Below the pieces are notes generated by a model. That model ran no database searches. It worked only from the letters and a program-made list of their open reading frames with translations, and had not been told where the DNA came from. This document shows positions 1 through 10,405 of a DNA stretch of 64,000 bases, in pieces. The position numbers and the translations under genes are program-made. Source of the stretch: an uncultured Chromatiales bacterium (GTDB taxonomy: Bacteria; Pseudomonadota; Gammaproteobacteria; Poriferisulfidales; Poriferisulfidaceae); contig CAZRSJ010000004.1 in the NCBI GenBank assembly GCA_964602805.1, positions 1,604 through 65,603 of the forward strand, given 5' to 3'. The stretch's first letter is position 1; every line of letters starts with the position of its first letter.

Positions 1-255
1 AGCAGACCACATCACGCCTTGGGTAGAAGGCGGTAAAACTGAGGAATCAAACTGCCAGATGCTATGTAAAAAAGATAATCTTATGAAGGGAAGTAAATGA
101 AACCCAGACGGCTGGATTGCTTAACGGGGAGACGAAGTACGTAGAGCGTGCCCGGCCTCTTCAATCACTTGAAATCATGGAGTTAGAAAATGAAATCAGA
201 TAATCAATCGTTAACACATTGGCTTGACCGAGAGAAACAGCCACAGCCTTCCCCA

Positions 256-732
256 TTACCACCGGGAGAAGATAGAAAGAAACACAACAAAACCCAGAAG
301 CACCATCTGTACAGCTGTCACCCAGAGGGTAACCTTTAGCCATTTCGTCTTCTGACTCAGAATTAATCTGTTTTTCTCGATAATCTGACCATAGGACAGG
401 CCGATACACTGACAAGTGTAATCGGCCTCTTCTTTCCAATACTGTTTCAAATCTTTCATTTCTGGGAAGTTTCGCCATGTTGTGGGACGCGCGACCCTAG
501 TAGTCGCAAAACCGGCAATCAACAGAGGAAAGAACTGAAGACCGAAAGACAACAGGAGTTCCTGAGGAGGCTTATCAATAAATCCAACAACGGTGGCCCC
601 GAGACCGAACATTAGCCCGGTATACCAAGCCAGCCGCAGGGCCTTATCTGTAATCTCTCTGTAATGTTCTTCTTGGCTCGCTATCTTGTAGCGGCCAATG
701 TCCATAAAGATTTTAGAAGAACTGTCAGGCAT
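256..732 (-). CDS. hypothetical small membrane protein (3 predicted hydrophobic helices)
   Basis: 158-aa ORF in a distinctly AT-rich segment (about 45% GC versus about 64% elsewhere). It has hydrophobic stretches (LMFGLGATVVGFI, FFPLLIAGFATT, LWVTAVQMVLLGFVVFLSIF). I recognise no family. Confidence 0.4.
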   Translation of the reverse strand: MPDSSSKIFMDIGRYKIASQEEHYREITDKALRLAWYTGLMFGLGATVVGFIDKPPQELLLSFGLQFFPLLIAGFATTRVARPTTWRNFPEMKDLKQYWKEEADYTCQCIGLSYGQIIEKNRLILSQKTKWLKVTLWVTAVQMVLLGFVVFLSIFSRW

Positions 733-813
733 ACTATTAGGAATTTTAACAGGTGGTAATCGCGCCCTGCGGTCTGCTGGCTGTTTAGATCCGGGCGGGG
801 AAGCCCCGCCGTG

Positions 814-1554
814 CTACTCCAGCGCGTCCCTCAAGGACCGGATAATCCGGCGCGTTCCACCGAGCAGCCTGCCGTCGTCGGCGTAGCCGTCTTCCCGCGC
901 CTGTTCGACCGCTTCGTCGAACCGCGCCATGGCATCGGCCTGCGTCTGGGCCGAGTCTTCGTATTCCTGCTTCAGCACCTCCAGCTCCTGGCCGAGTTCC
1001 ACGACCTTTTCCGCCATGCTCTCCCGGTCCTGGGGGATGCTTTCGTCCGCCTCGAGTTTCTCCTGCAGCGTCTTCCGCTCATGTTCCAGTCGTCCGATCT
1101 TCTCCCTCAGACTTTCCCGTTTCTGCTTGATGTCCCAGGCTTCCGTCTCCAGCGTGTGCACCATTCGCCCTCTGCGAAGCCCGGGCTCGAATTCTTCCGC
1201 CAGCGAGCCGTCGCAGATTCCATGGTAGGGCTGGCCGCTTCGGCCGACTTTGTAGCCGGTGAACCGGGTGCAGTAGACTGCCAGCCCGCTGCGGTGGCCT
1301 TTGGCATAGGCATCGCGGTCGGGCGTCACCCCATGCTCCGCGCAGGATTCCTGATGTTCCTTGAGGTGGGTAAGAGGCAAGCCTTCGGATCCGTCTTCCT
1401 GGCCGATGAGCCACCAGTCCGCCGTCTCGCATTCATTCTCTGACAAAGTGGCGCAACCTTGGAACAACAAAGCCAGACTCGCGAGCAATATGACTGCTGC
1501 CAAGCCTTTCTTGTGCAGGGTCTGTGAAGTGGGCGGACAAGCAATGGAAGGCAT
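814..1554 (-). CDS. secreted or lipoprotein-like protein with a coiled-coil C-terminal half (DUF2799-like)
   Basis: The ORF 814-1599 has an internal Met followed by a signal-peptide-like segment (HKKGLAAVILLASLALLFQGC). There is a GAGGAA Shine-Dalgarno about 9 nt upstream of that Met. The C-terminal half is E/K/Q-rich and predicted coiled coil. It sits immediately downstream of the RND permease on the same strand. Confidence 0.5.
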   Translation of the reverse strand: MPSIACPPTSQTLHKKGLAAVILLASLALLFQGCATLSENECETADWWLIGQEDGSEGLPLTHLKEHQESCAEHGVTPDRDAYAKGHRSGLAVYCTRFTGYKVGRSGQPYHGICDGSLAEEFEPGLRRGRMVHTLETEAWDIKQKRESLREKIGRLEHERKTLQEKLEADESIPQDRESMAEKVVELGQELEVLKQEYEDSAQTQADAMARFDEAVEQAREDGYADDGRLLGGTRRIIRSLRDALE

Positions 1555-1595
1555 CAAAATGTATTCCTCATTGGTGATGTAGGTAAATAATCCGG

Positions 1596-4500
1596 TCAAG
1601 CCTCGCTAACCAAGCCATCCGGGTTTCCTTTCGCCTTGCCCAACTGCAGGAGGCAGGGCAGCAGAATCAGCGTAAAGGCGGTGCTGACGGCCATTCCGCC
1701 GATGATAACACTCGCGAATCCCTTGTAGATCTCGGAGCCGGGCCCCGGCAGAAGCAGCAGGGGCATCATCCCGAAAATTCCGGTGAGGGTGCTCATGAGA
1801 ATGGGCCGCAGGCGGATGTGCACGGACTCCCACACGGCATCATGCCTTGATCTTCCCTCGCGTTCGGCGGCGCGCGCCTGATGCACGAGCAGGATCGCAT
1901 TGTTCACGACCAAGCCCAAAACGACGATAAAGCCGAGCATGGTCAAGAGGTCCGCGGGAAGGCCCAGGAAGCGCAGCATGAACACGCCTCCCACCGTTGC
2001 GAGCGGCAACACCAAGATGACCCAGATACCGTCGATGAACGATCGGAACAAGGCGCTTACCAGCAAGTAGAGAATGATGATCGCCAGGACGAAACTGCTG
2101 GCGAAACTCTGGATCGCCGTCTTCAGGTTGTCCGCGGAACCACTGAGCCGGATTTCCCCGTCCTCGGGCAATTCCCGTTCCATCACCGGAACGACTTCCT
2201 GGTTTATTTTCTCGATCACCTCTTCCAGCGGCATTCCGTCGGGCGGGCGCAGTTCCAGCGTCACCGTGCGTCGCCGGTCCAGGCGGCGGATCTGGTTCGG
2301 GCTGGCCGTGCGCTTGATGTCGACCAGTTCGCTGACCGGCAAGACGCCGCCGTCCGTTGTGTACAGGGGGATGGCCGCCAATTCCTCCGGAGTCTTCCAA
2401 GGCTCCACCCTGGCAATCACGTCCAGTTTTTTCTCGCCGTCAAAACGCTCGCCTACGAACACGCCCTGGCCCAAAAACCGCGCGATCTGCGCCATCATGC
2501 TCCGGCTCCACCCGATTTCGGCCAGGCGTTCATCCTTGGGTTCCATTTGAAGCTCGGGCTCGGCCAGTTCCAGGCCGGGTCGCGGACGGGCGCGGGCCCC
2601 GTTGAAGACTTCCGGGATCTTGGCAAACCCGACCCTTGCGGCTTGCAGCAGATCGTCGATGTTGCTTCCCTGGACGTTGATGTCGATTTCCGCGCGCCCG
2701 CCGACGCCACTGAACAGGGAGGCCTTCTGCGCGATGGCGAAACTGTCCGGGAAGCCCGACACGACTTCGTTCACCACGCCGACCAGCTGGTTGATTTCCT
2801 CCTTGTCGGGGTTTTCGGCCCGCGCCCCCAGGAAGATGGAGCCTTCCGCGGCGACGAAGAAGAAGCGCTTGACCTTCGGCGTTTTTTCGCCTTCCAGGTA
2901 GGGTTGCAGGCGTTCAACGATCACCTCTCCCATTTCCTTCTCGATGTGATCGATATTGACGCCTGGGGGCGGGATGATGATGCCGATCACTAGGTTTCGG
3001 TTACCCGTGGGCATGTAGTCGGTCTTGGGAAACATCAGGTACGTCGTGGTCACCGCCGCACCGATCAGGCCGGCGATCCACAATGCGCGCAGGGTGGCGG
3101 TGCCGGTCAGGCCCATGATGACCGAGGTCGCGCGGTTCCACCAGGCCTCGTGCAGGCTCGTCAGTTCTTCCTCGGCCAGGAGCTTGTGTTTCGCGACGGG
3201 AATGACGACGCTTGCGACCAGCAGCGAGGTCGCGATGGCGACCGAGATCACGATGGCGAGGTCCGCGAACAACTGGCCGCTCTGATCCTTCATGAAGATG
3301 ATGGGCAGGAAGATCGCGACCGTCGTCACCGTGGATGCGAACAGGGCCGGCCAGACCTGGCGCACCCCCTCAAGCGAGGCTTCCCGGGAGGACATGCCCC
3401 GCTCGCGCATGCGCACGATGTTCTCCAGCACGATGATGGCGGCATCCATGACCATCCCCACGGCGAAAGCCATGCCCGCCAGGGAGATGATGTTGATGGT
3501 GCGACCCGTCATGTTCATCACGACGAGCGTCACGAACAGGCACAACGGAATGGTCAGGGCGACGGTCAGCGTGGCCCGCAACTTCCGCAGGAACCACCAC
3601 AGCACCGCTATCGCGAACAGGATGCCCAGGCTCAGGCTGTTGCGCAGCAGCCGGATGGCGCTGTCGATGTAGACGGTTTCGTCGTAGACCTGCTCAAGGA
3701 CGAGATTGGCGCGCTTGATGGGGCCGCGTTGCATTTCCTCGACCGCGGCGCGGATCTCGTCCATGGTTTCGAGCACGTTGACGCCCGCCTGGCGGTAGGC
3801 GTTGACCGCGATGGAGTGCCCTTCCTTGGTAACCACGAAATTGCTGCGGTCGGCAGGCAGGAGTTCAACACGGGCGATATCCCCCAAGGTGACCGGCTCG
3901 CCTTCGCGCCACGCCAGAATCAGTTCCTTGAGCTGCTGGGCGTTCAGCGCGCCGGTGTAACGCAGCGTGTAGCGGCGTTTCCCGACGTCTGCCGTTCCGC
4001 CGGAGATGTCATCGTTGCCGGAAGCGAGCCCGATCGCTTGGGTCAGGTCCACCCCCAGCCCTGCTGCCTTGTACGGGTCGACCGTGATGCGGACTTCGTT
4101 CTCATTGCCGCCGTATACTTGGGAGAGGGCGACCCCGGGAACCCGCTCCAGGCGCGATTGGACGGACTCTTCGATGAAGTCCTGGTAGGCGCTGATCGGT
4201 CTCGGGTTGTCTTCGGCCGGCCGGATGACGAACCAGGCGATGGGGCGGCCTCGGCCTCCCGATGTGCTGAGTATCGGCTCGTCCGCGTCTTCAGGATAGC
4301 TGGGGACGCGGTTCAGGCGGTTGATGACTTCGATCAGGGCGCGGTCCAGTTCCTGATCTATCTGGAAGGTGATCGTGATCTTTCCGGTGCCCATGCTGGC
4401 TTCGGAGAGCAGTTCCTTTGCGCCGGGCAGGCCGCGGAGCTGCTTCTCCTGGGGCTCGATGATCTCGGCCTCGACTTCTTCCGGGGCCGCTGCGCGCCAG

Positions 4501-4649
4501 CTGGTTGTGATGACGATTTCCGGTTGCTCTACCTCGGGGGCAAGCTGTATCGGCAGGTGGGTCAGGGTCACCGACCCGAACAGGATGGCAAGCAGGCATC
4601 CGGCCAGCGTTGCCACGGGGTTTCCTAGGGCAAGCCGGATGAGACCCAT
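1596..4649 (-). CDS. efflux RND transporter permease subunit (HAE1/AcrB family)
   Basis: 1017-aa ORF with the 12-TM RND architecture and large periplasmic loops. Strong resemblance to AcrB/MexB-family permeases throughout. Confidence 0.9.
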   Translation of the reverse strand: MGLIRLALGNPVATLAGCLLAILFGSVTLTHLPIQLAPEVEQPEIVITTSWRAAAPEEVEAEIIEPQEKQLRGLPGAKELLSEASMGTGKITITFQIDQELDRALIEVINRLNRVPSYPEDADEPILSTSGGRGRPIAWFVIRPAEDNPRPISAYQDFIEESVQSRLERVPGVALSQVYGGNENEVRITVDPYKAAGLGVDLTQAIGLASGNDDISGGTADVGKRRYTLRYTGALNAQQLKELILAWREGEPVTLGDIARVELLPADRSNFVVTKEGHSIAVNAYRQAGVNVLETMDEIRAAVEEMQRGPIKRANLVLEQVYDETVYIDSAIRLLRNSLSLGILFAIAVLWWFLRKLRATLTVALTIPLCLFVTLVVMNMTGRTINIISLAGMAFAVGMVMDAAIIVLENIVRMRERGMSSREASLEGVRQVWPALFASTVTTVAIFLPIIFMKDQSGQLFADLAIVISVAIATSLLVASVVIPVAKHKLLAEEELTSLHEAWWNRATSVIMGLTGTATLRALWIAGLIGAAVTTTYLMFPKTDYMPTGNRNLVIGIIIPPPGVNIDHIEKEMGEVIVERLQPYLEGEKTPKVKRFFFVAAEGSIFLGARAENPDKEEINQLVGVVNEVVSGFPDSFAIAQKASLFSGVGGRAEIDINVQGSNIDDLLQAARVGFAKIPEVFNGARARPRPGLELAEPELQMEPKDERLAEIGWSRSMMAQIARFLGQGVFVGERFDGEKKLDVIARVEPWKTPEELAAIPLYTTDGGVLPVSELVDIKRTASPNQIRRLDRRRTVTLELRPPDGMPLEEVIEKINQEVVPVMERELPEDGEIRLSGSADNLKTAIQSFASSFVLAIIILYLLVSALFRSFIDGIWVILVLPLATVGGVFMLRFLGLPADLLTMLGFIVVLGLVVNNAILLVHQARAAEREGRSRHDAVWESVHIRLRPILMSTLTGIFGMMPLLLLPGPGSEIYKGFASVIIGGMAVSTAFTLILLPCLLQLGKAKGNPDGLVSEA

Positions 4650-4659
4650 GAGTCGCTTT

Positions 4660-5709
4660 CTACAGGGGCTTCACTTGGACCGGCATGCCGGGGCGCAGGT
4701 TTTCGCCGCCGCGGATCACCACCCGGTCATGTTCCCGGATTCCGCCGATCACCTCGATGCGATCAGGCGTGGCGATCCCGGTCTGCACCGCGACCCTTTC
4801 GGCGATGGATTCCTGATTCACCCGGTACACGTAAATTCCTTCACGGCGCAAAACCAGGGCGTCGCGGGGCACCAGCACGGCCTCACGCGGGAGCGCGGTT
4901 GGCACGGCCACGCGCAACAGGTTGCCGGCGCTCAGGGAGGGATCCGCCACGGAGAGCCTCAGTTCGTACAGCCGGGACACGTCCCCGCCGATCGGCACGA
5001 TCGTGCGCACCGTGCCGGTCCCGGAGGTCTTCCCGTCGGTGTAGGTCAGCGAGGTCCCGACTGTTACAAGCTTCAGGGAACCGGCCGGAATGTGGGTTTC
5101 GATCTCCAGGTTGTCGGCGCTGACCAGGCGCACGATGGCGTCCCCGTTATCGGCCCACTCCCCGGCCTGCAGCCATCGTTCCGACACGACGCCGTCGAAA
5201 GGCGCGAGGATGCTGGTGCGTTTGAGGCGTTCTTCCGCTTGTGACAGGCGAGCCTGGGCGGACAGGATGTTGTTGTGCGCGACGGAGCGGTCCATTCTTT
5301 CCTGGTCGACCTGGCTGCGCGCAATGTTGTTTTCCTGCAGCAGTTTCTCCAGGCGTTCCACCTGCCGGGTGTGGAAATCGAACTTGGCCTGTTCCCGTTG
5401 GATGATGGACTGTTCTTCGATGACTTGCTGCCGGAAGAAAGTGTCGTCCAGTTTTGCGACGGTTTCTCCCTTGAGGACACGGTCGCCGACTTCCGCGACC
5501 CACGTCAGGCGACCGGCGATTTCTCCGGCCAGTTTCGCGTCGTCCCGGCTGATGACCGTGGCGCTGTACAGCGCGGTGGGAGACACGAACTGCTTGACCG
5601 CGTGATCGACCACGACGAGTGCGGCGGGCGGTCCCTTCTGGTCTTCTGCCAGCGTTGCGGAGGCGGGCAGGACCAAAGTCAGGGCGATGGCGGCAAGTAT
5701 GGGTTTCAT
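4660..5709 (-). CDS. efflux RND transporter periplasmic adaptor subunit (membrane fusion protein)
   Basis: 349 aa with an N-terminal signal sequence, coiled-coil hairpin and beta-barrel/lipoyl-like segments typical of HlyD/AcrA-family MFPs. Directly upstream of, and co-oriented with, the RND permease. Confidence 0.85.
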   Translation of the reverse strand: MKPILAAIALTLVLPASATLAEDQKGPPAALVVVDHAVKQFVSPTALYSATVISRDDAKLAGEIAGRLTWVAEVGDRVLKGETVAKLDDTFFRQQVIEEQSIIQREQAKFDFHTRQVERLEKLLQENNIARSQVDQERMDRSVAHNNILSAQARLSQAEERLKRTSILAPFDGVVSERWLQAGEWADNGDAIVRLVSADNLEIETHIPAGSLKLVTVGTSLTYTDGKTSGTGTVRTIVPIGGDVSRLYELRLSVADPSLSAGNLLRVAVPTALPREAVLVPRDALVLRREGIYVYRVNQESIAERVAVQTGIATPDRIEVIGGIREHDRVVIRGGENLRPGMPVQVKPL

Positions 5710-7685
5710 GAGGAGGCCCGATTCATTCGGTTCTCGATCAGATCGTCGACCACTGCAGGGTCGGCCAGCGTCGAAGTGTCGCCCAGTTCCGCATAGTCGT
5801 CGGCCGCGATCTTACGCAGGATTCGGCGCATGATCTTCCCGGAACGGGTTTTCGGCAGCCCCGGCGCCCATTGGATGAAGTCCGGCCGTGCGATCGGCCC
5901 AATCTGCTGGCGCACCCATGCACTCAGGGCGCCCCGCAGTTCCTCGTCCGGGACCAGTCCGGCCATCAGCGTGACATAGGCATAGATACCTTGCCCCTTG
6001 ATCTCATGGGGGAAGCCTACCACGGCCGCCTCCGCCACCTGCGGGTGCGCGACCAGGGCCGACTCCACTTCGGCGGTGCCCATGCGGTGCCCCGAGACGT
6101 TAATCACGTCGTCGACCCGGCCGGTAATCCAGTAATCGCCATCTTCGTCCCGGCGGGCGCCGTCGCCGGTGAAGTAGCGTCCGGGATAGGTGGCGAAATA
6201 CGTGTCGATGAATCGCTGGTGGTCGCCGTAGACCGTGCGCATCTGCCCGGGCCAGCTGTCCGCGATGCACAGGTTGCCTTCACCGGCGCCTTCTATTTCA
6301 TCTCCTTGGGCATCCACGAGGATTGGGCGAATCCCGAAAAAGGGGCGGGTCGCGGAGCCCGGCTTCAGGTCCGTAACCCCGGGCAAAGGGGTGATCATGA
6401 TTCCGCCGGTCTCGGTCTGCCACCAGGTGTCCATCACCGGGCAGCGGCCGTCACCGATGACCTGGTGGTAGAACAGCCAGGCCTCCGGGTTGATCGGTTC
6501 ACCGACCGTGCCGAGCACGCGGAGTGTTTTGCGAGAAGTCCTGCGTACCGGTTCCTCGCCCTCGCGCATCAGTGCGCGGATGGCCGTGGGCGCGGTATAG
6601 AACAGGGAGACCTGGTGCTTGTCGCAGACTTGCCAGAAGCGAGACGCATCCGGATAGTTCGGCACGCCTTCGAACATCAGGGTGGTGGCGCCGTTGGCCA
6701 GCGGGCCGTACACGATGTAACTGTGCCCGGTGACCCAGCCGACGTCGGCCGTGCACCAGTAGATCTCGCCTTCGTGGTAGTCGAACACGTACTGGTGGGT
6801 CATCGAGGCGTAAACCAGGTAGCCGCCGGTGGTGTGCAGCACGCCTTTCGGCTTGCCGGTGGAGCCTGAGGTGTAGAGAATGAACAGCGGGTCTTCTGCG
6901 GCCATTTCTTCCGGGGAACAGTCGTCGTCGACCTGCGCGGCCAGATCGTGCGCCCAAAGGTCCCGGTCTTCGCTCCACGCGATGTCTGCCCCGGTATGGC
7001 GGACGACCACGACGTGCTTGACCGAGGGACAAGCCTCGACCGCCCGGTCGGTATTCGCCTTGAGCGGGATCCGCTTGCCGCCGCGCACGCCCTCGTCGGC
7101 TGTGATGACCATGTTGCTGTCGGCATCGCGGATGCGTCCCGCCAACGCTTCAGGCGAGAAGCCGCCGAACACCACGGAGTGGATGGCGCCAATCCGCGCG
7201 CATGCCAGCATGGCGATGGCCGCTTCCGGGATCATCGGCATGTAGATGGTGATCCGGTCGCCTTTTCGGGCACCGGCCGCCTTGAGCCCGTTGGCAAACC
7301 GGCAGACCTGTTGGTGCAGTTCCCGGTAGGTGATGGCTTTGTCCTGGTTCGGTTCATCACCTTCCCACAGGATGGCGACTTGGTCCCCACGTGATTCGAG
7401 ATGGCGATCCACGCAGTTGTAGCAAGCGTTCAGGGTGCCGTCGTAGAACCAGCGGACGTGCAGGTCGGACGCATCGTAGGAGACGTCCCGGATATGCGTG
7501 TAGGGTCGGATCCAATCAATTCTTCGGCCATGCTCCAGCCAGAACCCTTCCGGGTCCTCGATCGAGCGGCGATAGTTTTCAAGATATCCGGCTCGGTCGA
7601 CCCACGCCGTTTTCATGAGGGTGTCGGGGACCGGAAAAACCGGGTCGGAAAGCGAAGCATCGGCCATGGCGCCGTTGCGACTCAC
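5706..7685 (-). CDS. acs: acetyl-coenzyme A synthetase (AMP-forming)
   Basis: 659 aa. It carries the hallmark Acs motifs ([15 protein letters not shown]-binding P-loop, [41 protein letters not shown]). Confidence 0.95.
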   Translation of the reverse strand: MSRNGAMADASLSDPVFPVPDTLMKTAWVDRAGYLENYRRSIEDPEGFWLEHGRRIDWIRPYTHIRDVSYDASDLHVRWFYDGTLNACYNCVDRHLESRGDQVAILWEGDEPNQDKAITYRELHQQVCRFANGLKAAGARKGDRITIYMPMIPEAAIAMLACARIGAIHSVVFGGFSPEALAGRIRDADSNMVITADEGVRGGKRIPLKANTDRAVEACPSVKHVVVVRHTGADIAWSEDRDLWAHDLAAQVDDDCSPEEMAAEDPLFILYTSGSTGKPKGVLHTTGGYLVYASMTHQYVFDYHEGEIYWCTADVGWVTGHSYIVYGPLANGATTLMFEGVPNYPDASRFWQVCDKHQVSLFYTAPTAIRALMREGEEPVRRTSRKTLRVLGTVGEPINPEAWLFYHQVIGDGRCPVMDTWWQTETGGIMITPLPGVTDLKPGSATRPFFGIRPILVDAQGDEIEGAGEGNLCIADSWPGQMRTVYGDHQRFIDTYFATYPGRYFTGDGARRDEDGDYWITGRVDDVINVSGHRMGTAEVESALVAHPQVAEAAVVGFPHEIKGQGIYAYVTLMAGLVPDEELRGALSAWVRQQIGPIARPDFIQWAPGLPKTRSGKIMRRILRKIAADDYAELGDTSTLADPAVVDDLIENRMNRASS

Positions 7686-8500
7686 AAGCGCCGGATCAGG
7701 GCGAGCACCAGTTCAGTCTCCCGCATGTCCAGCCGGAACACATTGGAGATGTCTGTGTAGTACTGTCCCCAGCGGTGCTTTTCGTATTGGGTGTGACGGA
7801 ATTCGCCGCGCAGCACGGAGTCCGCGTTGAGTGGAACTTCCACCCCGCCGCCGAAAGACCAGCCGGTCTGATAGAAGTCCCAGAGCGGGCTGCTGTCGAT
7901 GTACTGGCTGTCGGTGCAGCCGTCGCCGAGTATACAGCCGCGGGAGCGGTAGCCAAAGCTGTTGCGGACACGGCGGATGCCGGCCAGCAGGTACAGGCTA
8001 GAGTCGACGCTGGCGAGCGCATGCAGGAAAGTCGGGCTGCCGCCGAGCCGCAACGTCAGGCCGAGACTGTAATCCTTCTCGAAGTGCCAGCGGTAGGGCC
8101 AACTCTCACCAGCCTGATCACGGCCGGGGGAGATGCCGACGCCGGCCAGCTGACCGCTGGCAGTGCCGCCATGCACGGCAGCATCGAGTTCCACTTCCAG
8201 GAACAGACCGTCGGCAAAGGTTCGACGATAGCCAAGCAGCGGGCCGAAGCCAGTCAAGACCTTGCTGGCCTCGTCGCGGTCGCGCAGAACCCGGCCCAGT
8301 CCGGCGGGCATGGCTTGGGCGTGGTTATGGAAAGCGCGCCCGAATTCCGGTTCCGCATCCGCAGCTGCCGCTTGGATGCCGATATGGAAGCGTCCGTCGC
8401 TCGCGGCGGTGGTATGGGCGGCAAGCAGACCGATGGCGAGCAATACCGCACCGCGACCGATGCCAAGAGTTGCTTGGGCGGGGTTGCGGAAGACGGACAT
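7682..8500 (-). CDS. outer-membrane beta-barrel protein (OmpA/OmpW-like porin fold)
   Basis: 272 aa with an N-terminal signal peptide ([16 protein letters not shown]) and an alternating amphipathic beta-strand pattern. Aromatic-rich, with a C-terminal Phe-type end typical of OMPs. It overlaps the acs start by 4 bp. Confidence 0.55.
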   Translation of the reverse strand: MSVFRNPAQATLGIGRGAVLLAIGLLAAHTTAASDGRFHIGIQAAAADAEPEFGRAFHNHAQAMPAGLGRVLRDRDEASKVLTGFGPLLGYRRTFADGLFLEVELDAAVHGGTASGQLAGVGISPGRDQAGESWPYRWHFEKDYSLGLTLRLGGSPTFLHALASVDSSLYLLAGIRRVRNSFGYRSRGCILGDGCTDSQYIDSSPLWDFYQTGWSFGGGVEVPLNADSVLRGEFRHTQYEKHRWGQYYTDISNVFRLDMRETELVLALIRRL

Positions 8501-8598
8501 GGCGTTTTTCCGGGGAGCGGGGCCAGAAGGCCAAGGCGAGCATGGCGTTCCCGTTATTCTAGAGCATGACAGCGGCGGTTTGGGTCTACAATGGGGGC

Positions 8599-9021
8599 AT
8601 GGAAGTTGACGCAGACCCTGTTCTCAGCACTGACGCAGCGACCGCCCTGTTGCGCACGAACGACATCGCGCCAACCCGCCAGCGTGTCGCCATTAGTGCC
8701 GTTCTGTTCGCCCGTCGGCAGCACATGGGAGCATCGGAACTGCTCCGCCGGGTACGGATGAGCGATATCTCGATTTCCCGCAGCACGGTCTACAACACGC
8801 TGGAGCTGTTCGTCGAGAAAGGATTGCTTCAGGAATTGAATTTAGGTGATCGCTCGCGTATCTATGACACCAATCTGGCACCGCACCACCACCTGTATCA
8901 CGTCGATTCTGGAAAGATCGAGGATCTGGATATCTCCCAGATCAAGGTCAAGGTGCCGGATGAGGTCTTGGGAAATTCCAGCTTGGTAGGCGTGGACGTG
9001 ACCCTTCGGGTTGCTGGCTGA
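8599..9021 (+). CDS. Fur-family transcriptional regulator
   Basis: N-terminal winged-helix segment with the conserved T-RQR--I---L--------A-EL motif and STVYNTL-F---GL recognition helix, plus a His-rich C-terminal metal site (PHHHLYH). Start taken at the internal Met at 8599; the ORF extends back to 8566. Confidence 0.7.
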   Translation: MEVDADPVLSTDAATALLRTNDIAPTRQRVAISAVLFARRQHMGASELLRRVRMSDISISRSTVYNTLELFVEKGLLQELNLGDRSRIYDTNLAPHHHLYHVDSGKIEDLDISQIKVKVPDEVLGNSSLVGVDVTLRVAG

Positions 9022-9100
9022 CCTCCATATTGATCCAGCGGCCTTGAGGCCCGCAATCCAGAATCTATCGGCCGCAGGCCGCTGAAAACCCGACACGGAC

Positions 9101-9619
9101 ATGTCCCGGAAATACGTTCCCGGCGTCTGGGTCGAGGTGCATGACAAAATGCAATCGAACTACCGCTACTTGCTGGAAGCGCGGGTGGGGCGGGACTTCG
9201 CGTCGGATTTCAATCCGTGTTTCACACCCAAGAAGATGCTCGCGCTCGGCGTGTTCGAGGGGAAATACTTGAACGATTGCCGTGCGGAATTCCCCGCCAG
9301 CTGGTACCGCGGCGCGAAGTTGAGCGACGTACCGGATCCCTTGGTCAACTGTTTTGGCGTCAAGTCCCGGCAATCGCTGCAGGTGTGGCAGGAAAAAGAG
9401 TGGATTCACGGCAACGACCCGCGCGGCTGGTTCCAGTGGTATTGCCGCTATTACCTGGGTCGGCGCGATCCGGCGGTGGACGCGATCCAGATCCGTAGAT
9501 GGAAAGGAATCGTGCGTCACGCGGCGCAGGTTCGAAAGAATTGCTCCCCGAAGGATCTTGCTTGCCGTCCGCGCCAGCGGCAGGCGTTGTTGCAATGGGC
9601 CTGGCCGCCATTCGAATAA
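9101..9619 (+). CDS. conserved hypothetical protein (Trp/Cys-rich)
   Basis: 172-aa ORF with protein-like composition (WFQWYCRYYLGRRD). The overlapping antisense ORF 9065-9595 is R/L/A/P-rich, which looks like a high-GC artefact. I recognise no family. Confidence 0.45.
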   Translation: MSRKYVPGVWVEVHDKMQSNYRYLLEARVGRDFASDFNPCFTPKKMLALGVFEGKYLNDCRAEFPASWYRGAKLSDVPDPLVNCFGVKSRQSLQVWQEKEWIHGNDPRGWFQWYCRYYLGRRDPAVDAIQIRRWKGIVRHAAQVRKNCSPKDLACRPRQRQALLQWAWPPFE

Positions 9620-9653
9620 TGGGCGACTCAGTTAAAATGGGTAACGGCGCGGT

Positions 9654-9729
9654 GCCGGTGTAGCTCAGTCGGTAGAGCAACTGTTTCGTAATCAGTAGGT
9701 CGGGGGTTCAATTCCTCTCGCCGGCACCA
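9654..9729 (+). tRNA. tRNA-Thr (anticodon CGU)
   Basis: 76-nt cloverleaf. Acceptor stem GCCGGTG/CGCCGGC. D-arm GCTC-AGTCGGTA-GAGC. Anticodon loop TTCGTAA (CGT). T-arm GGGGG-TTCAATT-CCTCT. Discriminator A plus encoded CCA. It closely resembles the E. coli thrW scaffold. Confidence 0.85.
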
Positions 9730-9802
9730 CCCGCGTCGCCCTGCCCGGAGGGGTTTTGGGGATAGAGGATAATAGCGGCTCCAAAAACCAACGAAAGTAC
9801 CC

Positions 9803-10399
9803 ATGCTCTTGCCAAGGAAAGGAAAGTCGCAGTTCGTTGCGGCACTGGCCGTGCTGCTGCTTTCAGGAGATCTGCTGATGGCTGCGAACGACGATGCCCC
9901 AAAAGTTCGGATGGAGACTTCGTCCGGAACTCTCGTGATTGAATTGGACGCGAAGAATGCGCCGGAGACGACCAAGAACTTCCTGATCTACGTCGATGAC
10001 GGCTTCTACAACGGGACGATCTTCCACCGCGTGATCAAGGGATTCATGATTCAGGGCGGTGGATACGACCGGGACTTCAAACAAAGACCGACCCTGCCGC
10101 CGATTCAAAACGAGGCGGACAATGGCCTGAAGAACGAGCGGGGCACCATTGCCATGGCCCGCACCGGCGATCCGCATTCGGCCACCGCGCAGTTTTTCAT
10201 CAACTCGGTCGACAATGATTTTCTCAACCATAGTGGAAAGAATCCCCAGGGTTGGGGCTATGCCGTGTTCGGCAAGGTGATCGAAGGGCTCGAAGTGATC
10301 GATGCCATCAGCGGGGCGGCGACCGGCCAGCACGGCCCGCACAGCGATGTCCCCCAGAGCCAGATCCTGATTCTGAAGGCCGAACGCGTCGAAGACTAA
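9803..10399 (+). CDS. ppiA: periplasmic peptidyl-prolyl cis-trans isomerase (cyclophilin type)
   Basis: Signal peptide followed by the cyclophilin core (FHRVIKGFMIQGGG, AMARTGDPHSATAQFFIN). Confidence 0.9.
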   Translation: MLLPRKGKSQFVAALAVLLLSGDLLMAANDDAPKVRMETSSGTLVIELDAKNAPETTKNFLIYVDDGFYNGTIFHRVIKGFMIQGGGYDRDFKQRPTLPPIQNEADNGLKNERGTIAMARTGDPHSATAQFFINSVDNDFLNHSGKNPQGWGYAVFGKVIEGLEVIDAISGAATGQHGPHSDVPQSQILILKAERVED

Positions 10400-10405
10400 T
10401 CCGAT

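Noticed and set aside
1881-4628. Long plus-strand ORFs (1881-2993, 3150-4628 and others) inside the RND permease gene.
   Set aside because: They are antisense to an unambiguous AcrB-family gene. Their translations are Arg/Gly/Asp/His-rich low-complexity sequences typical of out-of-frame reading in about 65% GC DNA.
5871-7760. Plus-strand ORFs (5871-6869, 6948-7394, 7401-7760) overlapping acs.
   Set aside because: They are antisense to the strongly conserved acetyl-CoA synthetase. Their composition is artefactual (R/G/A/V-rich) and they have no motifs.
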